Of a stretch of DNA of 64,000 nt, positions 28,470-37,600 are shown piece after piece. Position 1 is the first letter of the stretch. Each line of letters begins with the position of its first letter. The translations under genes and the position numbers were made by a program. The notes under the pieces were generated by a model. That model saw only the letters and a list, made by a program, of their open reading frames with translations, had not been told where the DNA came from and did not search any database. Where the stretch lies: assembly GCA_001661245.1 (NCBI GenBank), contig KV454011.1, forward strand, positions 1,962,041 to 2,026,040. The letters are read 5' to 3'. This DNA is from Pachysolen tannophilus NRRL Y-2460. Lineage: Eukaryota.

Positions 28470-30686
28470 CTAAAGCTGAACAGAATCGTAATCAAAATTG
28501 GGGAAATAATTGTTTAAAACTTCTTTTATCCCAAGACTATATTTCATAACGAAATCGTCGTTGCTGATACTTACTTTCCGAAATCTTTTGGAAAGTTTAC
28601 AGCATCTAGTTAAATTGGAGTTCAATTCATTTTGTGACATTTCAATTTTACTCAAGTCGTTTTCTTCATCGTTCCCACTTCTCTTGTCTTGTAAATTGAA
28701 AATAACATGTAAGATCTTAATCAACAAAATTGAAGAAAATAATGAACAAAAATGTATTTGATCACTTAAAAAGGCAAAATAAGAATCATTCGATGTTTCC
28801 AATATAATAGCATCCAACACTTTTTGAGCATGGAAAACCATTGATCTTATCGAAATACTATCTGCCAATAGTAATGTATTATCCATCAAATTATTGTCCA
28901 TTATCAAATCTGCATTGTTTGCAGAAGTAAAAATAGACTCTTCTTCAGCATCGTCATCAGTAGCTTTTTTCAATTTCCTATAATTCCAATTGTACAAGAT
29001 CAATAAATAACCATAATGATAACCTAACTCAACAAATTGGTTTGCAGGTTGATCAAATAAATAACCCCATTGCTCAAACCAGGTTTTCAATTCTTCTCTC
29101 ACAATTTGTAAAGATTGGCGCATGGAATCATTACATTGTATAAAATTATAGACCAAGAGTTGAAGACTTATTTCACTAACCATTCTACCATCGAAATTTG
29201 TTGAAGACGGCAAATTGAGACATTTCCTTGATAAATTCAATCGCAATTCATCTATTATACACATTCGTCCAGTGAATATACAATTCACTATATGTACCAA
29301 CGATAAATGATTCCAAAGTCTATATGCAGTCAACTCATAAAACTCTTCTGTCATATAATCTGGTTTTTCTTTTAATATTATCCCCAAAGAATCTCTTGTA
29401 ATAAATTGTTGTAAACCAATTCCTGATAAATACCAAGCATCAATACTGAAATCTGCATCTGCAGAGGAAAAAGATAATCCATATATGCTTAATATCACTA
29501 ATGCTTGTAAGAATTCTAAAACCTGAGGAGTTTGAATTATATTTTTCTGCAATTCTAATTTAATCCTAGTTAATAAGACTTTTTTATCGAGAACAGCATT
29601 TAAATTTGAGTAACGTAAGGATAAGAAACAACATACAATCAACAATAAGGGACAATTATTTTGAAATTTTAGTACCAATTTTTCTGTGGACACGTTATCT
29701 GGGAATGAGACCCATCTCCCGTATCTATCCCTAAAATCTTGTAGTAATTCAATGGCTTGGTCCTGAGTTAATAAACCGAGTGCAATAAAATTAGCCTCAG
29801 CCAGTGGTTGCCGCTGATTTAAAGATGGATATAATAATTTTGAAATTGGACTTGGAATACAATTTGAAGAACAAATTTTGCTAAAGGAAACAAATGGAGA
29901 TGTTAAGTAGGAAGTTGATGGTGTTCCAAAAGTTCTATAACTGTTCAGATCCATTTCAGCAGAATAGGGGAATAACTTTATATGCTTGATCTCGTTCAAA
30001 AGAACAACATCTCCTTCTTCCAAAGATTGCGATGTTGAATTCATTGGCTCCTCTGATTTAGACTGTCGTGATACATCCTTATCGTATTTTAAAACCTGTA
30101 ATATTTCATTCACATCTTTTTGAAGAATCTTTATTCTATTTTCAAGTGATAAACCATTACCCGTTATTGTACCATTCCCACTCCTGTTATTTGCTTCTCT
30201 AACAGCAGTCAGTGATTTAGTACCTAATCCACCATGATTATTCCCCATTACTTCATTAGTGGATAGCGCACCAATCCCACCATCTTGTAAAATTGCTTCT
30301 TCTTCAAAAGAACAAATCTGACCCAACGAAGAACATCTTAAACACCCAATCGAACTAGTCGAGGGGAAACATCTCGTTTTCTGTTTCCTGCAAGTTGTAC
30401 AAGCTTTCGACACCCGCGTTGCAGGAACTGTCTTGACTTTCTTAGTTTTAACATTTGATCTTGAACTCTCTTTACTATCACCGGTCTCCTTAACATCTGA
30501 AGACTCTAAACCATGCTTCTTTTCACTTCCGCGGTAAGACAGAGTAGACAGAGTAGACAGATTTATCTGCGAATAAATAGCACTATAGTCCATTTTACTA
30601 TTACCCAGTTGCAAATTCGGCAAACTCAGCAAGTCATTAAAAGACCCTTCTTCACGCCTGCCATGAACTCTACCTTTTTCATCCAT
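28470..30686 (-). CDS. URC2: Zn(II)2Cys6 transcription factor, Urc2/YDR520C-like (alternative start ATG at 30593)
   Basis: ACTTCRKQKTRC...CLRC...C cluster; middle-region motifs YGRWVSFP, YRLWNHL, STNFDGRMVSEI. Confidence 0.7.
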   Translation of the reverse strand: MDEKGRVHGRREEGSFNDLLSLPNLQLGNSKMDYSAIYSQINLSTLSTLSYRGSEKKHGLESSDVKETGDSKESSRSNVKTKKVKTVPATRVSKACTTCRKQKTRCFPSTSSIGCLRCSSLGQICSFEEEAILQDGGIGALSTNEVMGNNHGGLGTKSLTAVREANNRSGNGTITGNGLSLENRIKILQKDVNEILQVLKYDKDVSRQSKSEEPMNSTSQSLEEGDVVLLNEIKHIKLFPYSAEMDLNSYRTFGTPSTSYLTSPFVSFSKICSSNCIPSPISKLLYPSLNQRQPLAEANFIALGLLTQDQAIELLQDFRDRYGRWVSFPDNVSTEKLVLKFQNNCPLLLIVCCFLSLRYSNLNAVLDKKVLLTRIKLELQKNIIQTPQVLEFLQALVILSIYGLSFSSADADFSIDAWYLSGIGLQQFITRDSLGIILKEKPDYMTEEFYELTAYRLWNHLSLVHIVNCIFTGRMCIIDELRLNLSRKCLNLPSSTNFDGRMVSEISLQLLVYNFIQCNDSMRQSLQIVREELKTWFEQWGYLFDQPANQFVELGYHYGYLLILYNWNYRKLKKATDDDAEEESIFTSANNADLIMDNNLMDNTLLLADSISIRSMVFHAQKVLDAIILETSNDSYFAFLSDQIHFCSLFSSILLIKILHVIFNLQDKRSGNDEENDLSKIEMSQNELNSNLTRCCKLSKRFRKVSISNDDFVMKYSLGIKEVLNNYFPNFDYDSVQL

Positions 30687-30905
30687 TCTCAACCAACACA
30701 CTAATCTCTAGTTCAAATATATCTCTTCAATGGTGTTTACCGCGGAAAAGGAATTGATATAGAATTTTTGGTCGTGTTTGAAGATAAATGATAATTCCTA
30801 TGAAAAAAAAACATACAAGATGAATGAATAACAACAACGATATCAACAACTCGGGAAGGTGTAACTAGGTTTGGTTTTTAAACAACAGTGGTTAAGGGGC
30901 ATACG

Positions 30906-32537
30906 ATGTCAAAAGAAGAAGAAGACCAATCTGTGATAAAAGCGAATGAAGATCATGATGGGAAAGTAGATGATGATAATAAGAAAGTTGAGAGAAGCAA
31001 GAGTGTAATATCAATGCCTTCTCATGCGTTGAAAGCTTTACCTCTGCAAGTTTTAACCAAATTGAATGTTGAAAAAGTTGAGGAAACACCGGTAGATTTG
31101 ATATTTTCGAATTCTATTATGCTCTTGTTATCGTCATATTTAAATATCAATTCATTTACGTCATTGTCGATCCAGAAATTATTAGGTCTTGCAAAAGTAT
31201 ATTTAAACCAGTTAATACTACATTTGAAAAAATTTATGGAATTTCAAAGAAGGCGGAAACCAGCATTAAGAGATTTGAAGCTTTTGATACGATTATTTGG
31301 GTTGGACTTCAGTGGAATAGATGAAGATGTTTTAAAATTCCGTGAATTATCTAAAACACAAGATTTTAAGTTAAAATTTAACAAAATTTCGAATGATTCG
31401 ATAAGATTTATGAATAATGTAAAGCAAGAACAAGAAATACAAGAAGATGAAATTGATCCATTAGATCCCAGCTCATGTTTTTTTTTAAACCAATCTTATG
31501 AAATCAAAAATTTGGTACCATCGTCTTATGATAATATTTTTTCTTTAAAACACCTTACACATACTTCTTCTTTAATATTACCAGAACTCCCACCTGATTA
31601 CACATTTAAATCAACTCCGCAATTTACTGAAAATTATATTGAAAACGTTAATTTTATAAGAGAAAAATTGTTACAAGAAAGTCGATTAGGAGAAAAAGCT
31701 TTGGAGCATTTATCTAATGGATATGGCAACGAAATTAATGATGAAGTTGATTTGAAGATTGAAGAAGCTGACATCAGCGAAAGTGATAAAAGCGATGTCG
31801 AGAAAGAATTAGAAAGCGAAGAACCAAAAACCGTAGCAATAACTTCAGATCAAGACAATGGTCGCTCTCTTGGTCTTATTGATGAACTTCCAAAAATTGA
31901 AGAAGATGGAAAAATTCAACATTCCCTCTCTATTGAGAAACCAAAAGATGAGAAAAACACTAAAGAAATATTTGATATTGAAAAATTTGCAGCAAAGAGA
32001 TTGAAGAAATTACAAGAAAAAAAACAGCAAAAATTAAAATTTATTGAAGAATTTAAACAAAATAAGTTAAACAAGATCTCGTTATATTTAGGATCTTATT
32101 CAACAAAGACAATAAAGGATAATTCGATTGCTGTATTTATTGATGATTATATGAATGATGTCCTAAAAGATTCTATTGAGAACTTGAAAAAATATGAAAT
32201 TTTAAAGTATAAGAGAGATTTGAAAGAGGGAAAGAGAAAAAAGAAACTTCTTGAGAAAAATTTACTCCTTGAAAAGAAGAGAAGATTAAATAATTTTGAA
32301 TTTGGTGAAGAAGAAGACGAAGAAATTGTTGATTTTGAATTTAATTTTGATGATGATATAGATCAGAACCACGATTATGAGACTAATGCTGAAAATAAAG
32401 AGCAAGATGAAGAAGTTCAAGATTTACAAGAGTTCGAAAAGGATTCATTTGAGCCACAAGCGTCAATGACTGATATTATAGATAACAATGGTACACATTC
32501 AGTTGATTTAAAAACATCTGAAGAAGCACAAGGATAA
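30906..32537 (+). CDS. TAF8: TFIID subunit 8
   Basis: Histone-fold-like region ending LKKFMEFQRRRKP and the TAF8_C motif LPELPPDYTFKSTPQF...ESRLGEKALEHL. First ATG at 30906. Confidence 0.82.
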   Translation: MSKEEEDQSVIKANEDHDGKVDDDNKKVERSKSVISMPSHALKALPLQVLTKLNVEKVEETPVDLIFSNSIMLLLSSYLNINSFTSLSIQKLLGLAKVYLNQLILHLKKFMEFQRRRKPALRDLKLLIRLFGLDFSGIDEDVLKFRELSKTQDFKLKFNKISNDSIRFMNNVKQEQEIQEDEIDPLDPSSCFFLNQSYEIKNLVPSSYDNIFSLKHLTHTSSLILPELPPDYTFKSTPQFTENYIENVNFIREKLLQESRLGEKALEHLSNGYGNEINDEVDLKIEEADISESDKSDVEKELESEEPKTVAITSDQDNGRSLGLIDELPKIEEDGKIQHSLSIEKPKDEKNTKEIFDIEKFAAKRLKKLQEKKQQKLKFIEEFKQNKLNKISLYLGSYSTKTIKDNSIAVFIDDYMNDVLKDSIENLKKYEILKYKRDLKEGKRKKKLLEKNLLLEKKRRLNNFEFGEEEDEEIVDFEFNFDDDIDQNHDYETNAENKEQDEEVQDLQEFEKDSFEPQASMTDIIDNNGTHSVDLKTSEEAQG

Positions 32538-32668
32538 TTATTAAAATGTTTATATATATTATTAATAGTCTGATGGGAAAAAAATTAAATATAAAATAAG
32601 GACAATGAAAACCGTAATGTACACTTTTATACAATGAAAACGTAAGCTTTTAAGATACATAAAATAAT

Positions 32669-33558
32669 CTAAACGTAAACTCTTTTAATTTCAATCTCTT
32701 GAAATAGACCGTCTTGTTTTAATTCAATTTTTTTAGAAGTTGCTAATACTAACAATTCGAAAAAACATTTAGTTGCAAATTTTTTAGGGTATTTAATTTC
32801 TTGATCTTTATTTAAATTACTGAAAATGTATGAAAAATTCGTTTTTTCTTCAGTATTATCTCTTTCAGTTACTAAGGATAAAATATTTTGGCTGTATGAA
32901 TTAGATTCTTCTTCTTCTTCTTCCTCTATTTCTTGTTCTTCATCTTCTACTTCTTGCTCTTGTTGTTTTTCAAACTGTCTAGATTCAAGCATGTTATCAT
33001 TGTCAAATTCGAAATCAGGTCCATAATTTTCAAACAAGTTTTGTTCATTTAGTTGTGATCTTTGATTTTGTTCGTATTCTTGTTCAAGTTCAGCAGTTCC
33101 AACGTGTTCTATTCTTCTTTTCTTTAAGAGACTATATTCTTCAAGTAGGTGAACATAACCAGCATCCAATTCATCTTCTAATATTAATTCTTGAACATTT
33201 CTTGGATCAATATTCAAAGAGCAACGTTGCTCCAATTGTTTTTTAATTTCTGCTGAAGTCAATTCTATAACATCATCTGTCACCAATCTTCTTTTCAAAG
33301 TTCTAACCACATCCGAGTCCAAAAATTTCAAAGTCCTGCTTTTGCGCTGACTCTTTTGTTGTTGAGATTGAGATTGCTCTAATGACTGTACAGGTAAAGA
33401 CATTTCATTTGTTGGCGTAAGTGGTTGATCATTTCCAAGATCGAAATCTTGTGGGCCAGCTACAAAATCATCGTTAAAAGTTAAATCCGGCAACAAATTT
33501 ACCGAATGCTCTGCCCCTTCAATATCATCTAATGGACGTGCATGATCTCTTCCAATTT
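32669..33558 (-). CDS. MCD1: Cohesin kleisin Mcd1/Scc1/Rad21, C-terminal half (frame open from 33565; first in-frame ATG at 33403 would give 244 aa)
   Basis: KRRLVTDDVIELTSAEIK resembles the Rad21 Scc3/SA-binding segment. KKFATKCFFELLVLATSKKIELKQDGLFQEIEI is the Rad21 C-terminal winged helix. Confidence 0.9.
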
Positions 33559-33697
33559 TTAATTTTTATCAAATGTTTAATACCTATAAAGAGAGAAGGT
33601 TTGTCTGGTTTTGATTTTTCTTTTGGTTGTTGTTGCTGTTGCTGTTGTTTTTTTTTGTTTTTGTTGTTGTTGCTGGATAGATAATATAGTGTTGGAA

Positions 33698-34363
33698 ATG
33701 TCGTTTTCACAACAGTTATTGTCAAGAGATGGTCCATTGGCTCATGTGTGGCTTGCTGCAAATTTGGAAAAGAAGTTGACCAAGAATCAGTTGTTGTCGA
33801 CCAATATTTCAAAAACAACATTAGCTATTTCGGACTCGAATAGGAGTCTTCAAGTTGAGCCATTGGCATTAAGATGGACAGGGACATTACTTTATGGTAT
33901 TGTTCGGATTTATTCTCGTAAGGCCAAATATTTGTTAGATGATGTATCAGATGCTTTATTCCGGTTAAAGACGTGTTTTAAGTCGAATAGTAATAGCGTT
34001 ATATTACCAGCAGAGGCAACAGTTATTCCTTCGGTTAAACAGGTTATTTTGAATGATACCGTGACGGCCAATGATTTGTTGTATCAAGCACCTTTAAGTT
34101 TTGATGATGATAATACCAATGAACAAGTTAAAAATTATGGTAGTGAGAATATGAATGAAGACAGTCTTGTTGTTGACGCTTCAACTGGTTCAATTGAATT
34201 AGGAAGAGGAAATGAATTTATGGATGACTTGGATCATCATCATAATAATAGTATGAACAATAATGATTTAGATCTTGAGTTAGATTTTGATTTGGGTGAA
34301 GATGAAGAAAATGTTTCTCATCGTGTATCCGATATAAGTGTTGTTAAAAAAAAAACTAACTAG
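33698..34363 (+). CDS. MCD1: Cohesin kleisin Mcd1/Scc1/Rad21, N-terminal half (221 aa; last residues VKKKTN are read-through beyond the inversion breakpoint)
   Basis: Rad21/Rec8 N-domain GPLAHVWLAANLEKKLTK...PLALRWTGTLLYGIVRIYSRKAKYLLDD, plus separase-type site SIELGR at 34190..34207. Confidence 0.93.
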   Translation: MSFSQQLLSRDGPLAHVWLAANLEKKLTKNQLLSTNISKTTLAISDSNRSLQVEPLALRWTGTLLYGIVRIYSRKAKYLLDDVSDALFRLKTCFKSNSNSVILPAEATVIPSVKQVILNDTVTANDLLYQAPLSFDDDNTNEQVKNYGSENMNEDSLVVDASTGSIELGRGNEFMDDLDHHHNNSMNNNDLDLELDFDLGEDEENVSHRVSDISVVKKKTN

Positions 34364-34380
34364 TCAACCTTTTTGGTCAA

Positions 34381-34386
34381 ACGCGT
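34381..34386. promoter_or_regulatory. MCB element ACGCGT (MBF site)
   Basis: Perfect ACGCGT in AT-rich intergenic DNA. It lies about 176 bp upstream of the MCD1 ATG once the inversion is reversed, and MCD1 is an MBF target in budding yeasts. Confidence 0.65.
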
Positions 34387-34658
34387 CCTTCTCGAGGAAA
34401 ACACGAAGAAAACACCAAAAAAAAAACCACAAAAGTCGTGGATTGTGATATCAATTTGTAAGCGGACAAAAAGAAGGTGAAGAAGATATATAATAATAAT
34501 AGACAAAGGTAATGGCGGTTAATTAATTATAATATATATTTGAATAAAATATTGAATAGGATTAATTAGTTTTCAATCTGTTCAAATTTGGTTTTGATTG
34601 ATTTGTTGATTCTGAGATTTAGTTTTTTTTGGGACCTGAGTATTTTGCTTAATTTAGA

Positions 34659-37600
34659 ATGGTCTACGGAAGACATTATTTGAATGGTAATAGTTCGAGG
34701 TCTTTTAAAAGAAGGGTCGTGGACGATAATGGAGATGAGGACGATGAGGAATATAGTGAGCAGCATGATCCAGAACAGGATGATGATGGGGATGAAATTG
34801 AAGATGAGAGTAATGCTGGAAGTGATAAGGAGCTGGTGAGTAAAGGTGGCGGGGAAGATAATGAAGATGTTCCAGATACAGCGGCGGTGACTCCGCAGAA
34901 AGTTAAACCAAAGAGAATAAATTATAATGAGGATCAAATGTTTGATGAATTATTACCTGATGATGATGAAGATGAGGAAGATGAAGAGGAAAAGGAGGAA
35001 CAGAAGAAGGAAAACATTAAAGTTGAAGATGATTATCAGGATGATTATAATGAAGATGATGACGAAGATGAAATGAAAGATTCGAAAGGAAGTAGGAAAA
35101 ATGTCACTCTAAATTATAAAAATAGAAGAGGAAGAAAAAGGAGAATCGATGATGATGATGATGATGATGCCTCTTTTCATAGCGAGAACGAAGATGAAGA
35201 TGAGGACGACGACGATGATAATCTAAGTTCAACTGAAGTTGAAGCTGAAGAAAGGAAAAAAATTAAAACATTTATCGCCAGTGATGATGACGATGATGAT
35301 GATGATGATGAAGAAGGAGAAGGAGTAACTAGAAGACTGAGAAGAAATGGACGGAAGAGAAAGGAAAAAAATGGCCGTAAAAGACCCAAGTCGGCTTCAA
35401 CTTCAAGAGGTCCGTTAAGAAGATCTAGAAGATTGAATAATGAAGCAGATGAGGATGACGATATGGTTTCAAATGGCCGCCATAGACGTACTCGTCGTGA
35501 AAACCGTAATGATGATGATGACGAGGTTGATGATGATAGTGAACATTTAACTTTAGCTGATGAATTGAGAGATTTGAAAAGTTTTTCGCCGCCTCATACT
35601 CCACCTCACAGGAAGTTTAATTTCAGGCAAAGAAAAGAAGTTAATTATCAAATTCCTCCTCCAATATTAAATGACGTTGAACTTGAAAGAGAATTCAGTG
35701 CTGCTGCTACAACAGCTTCGACGGCTACAAATAATGGAAGTTTATTTTTCTCAACAGCGACTCCTAAAAGAGGAAGGAAAACTGGTAACAGCTCAGTGAG
35801 AAATTTGTTATTTCCAACAGTGGGACCATTTGGTGGAAGTGATGTTAGCTCAGTCTTTGGTGAAAATATCCCAGGATTAACTGCTATTGCAGGGAACTTG
35901 AGCGATTCAGATTCGTCGGATGAAGATATTATACCTTTTAACAATAATAATGGCAATAATGTGAACAATGGTATTATTACTAATGCTAATAATAAGAAAA
36001 CGTTGAATACAACAGGTAAAGTTAATACAAAGAGTTCGTTAGCTGATAGCGACCCATTGGGTGTTGATATGAATATTGATTTTTCTGTTGTAGGTGGGCT
36101 AGATAACTATATAAATCAGTTGAAAGAAATGGTTGTATTACCTTTGCTTTACCCTGAAGTTTTCTCGAAATTTGGTATCACTCCACCTAGAGGTGTTTTA
36201 TTTCATGGTCCACCTGGAACTGGTAAGACATTAATGGCAAGAGCATTAGCTGCTTCGTGTTCAACTGAAAATACTAAAATTACATTTTTCATGCGGAAAG
36301 GTGCAGACTGTTTGTCCAAATGGGTGGGAGAAGCTGAAAGACAATTAAGATTGTTGTTTGAAGAGGCAAAGAATCAACAACCTTCAATTATATTTTTTGA
36401 TGAAATTGATGGTTTGGCTCCAGTCAGATCTTCAAAGCAAGAACAAATTCATGCATCGATTGTTAGTACTTTATTGGCATTAATGGATGGTATGGATAAC
36501 AGAGGACAAGTTATAGTCATTGGTGCCACAAATAGACCAGATTCTGTGGATCCTGCGTTAAGAAGACCAGGAAGGTTTGATAGAGAATTTTATTTCCCGT
36601 TACCAGACTTAAAGGCTAGAACCCAAATATTGAAAATACATACGAGGAATTGGAAGCCTCTGTTAGATGAAGCATTTTTGGACGAACTAGCACATTTAAC
36701 AAAAGGATATGGAGGAGCTGATCTAAGAGCTTTATGTACAGAAGCTGCATTGAATTCTATACAAAGACAATATCCTCAAATATATCAAACGAAGGAAAAA
36801 TTAAAAATAAATCCAGAAAGGATTAAAATTGTATCAAAAGATTTTATGATGGCCTTAGACAAAATAATCCCTTCTTCATCAAGATCAATTTCTTCTTTAA
36901 GCTCTCCTCTTCCACAGCACATTGCTCCTTTATTAGAAGATAAATTCTTAGATATTGTGAAGAGACTAAACGAATTGATTCCATCTTTATCTTCATCGAA
37001 CAAAAAGTTGACTTCTCTTGAACAAGCGATGTATGTCGATATGACAGAATCTGATCCAGATGGAGGTTTTAAAAGACAGAAATTGATAAAGAGCTTAAGT
37101 ACTATAAGGACATTTAAACCGAGAATATTAATTAGTGCCCAACCTGGTAGTGGTCAAATTTATATTGGAAGTGCGATTTTAAACTACTTAGAAGGTTTCC
37201 ATGTTCAGTCCCTTGATTTGAGTAATTTATTTAATGATTCTTCTAGAAGTATTGAATCCGCTATTATTCAAATGTTCATTGAAGCCAAGAGACACAAGCC
37301 TTCCGTTATATATATTCCGAATGTTGATATTTGGTATAATGCAATTCCAGATCTGTCTAAGTCGACTTTGTTAAGCTTACTAAGATCAATTCAACCACAT
37401 GATAAAATATTGCTTTTAGGAATATCTGATTTAGATTATCGATACCTTTCAAAAGATTTGAAAGACATCTTTGGTTTGAATAACTTCATTGACTTGCAAA
37501 TAAAGTTGTCTCAACCGAAATTGGAAAAGTTTTTTGATCAATTATGGATTGCGCTTCATTTAAAACCATTTGAATATATTGATGATTTTGAAAATAGACC

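Noticed and set aside
30740..30748. ACCGCGGAA PDRE-like site between the URC2-like gene and TAF8
   Set aside because: Single imperfect match with no supporting context.
33525..33821. 98-aa minus-strand ORF as a possible leader for the MCD1 C-half
   Set aside because: It is in a different frame from the C-half, starts at TTG, is antisense to the N-half and reads through a simple repeat.
34337..34363. Splice-like signals (AACTAAC-TAG, GT dinucleotides) suggesting trans-splicing of the MCD1 halves
   Set aside because: No consensus donor follows the junction G at 34343 and no AG acceptor precedes 33558. DNA inversion explains the join to the base.
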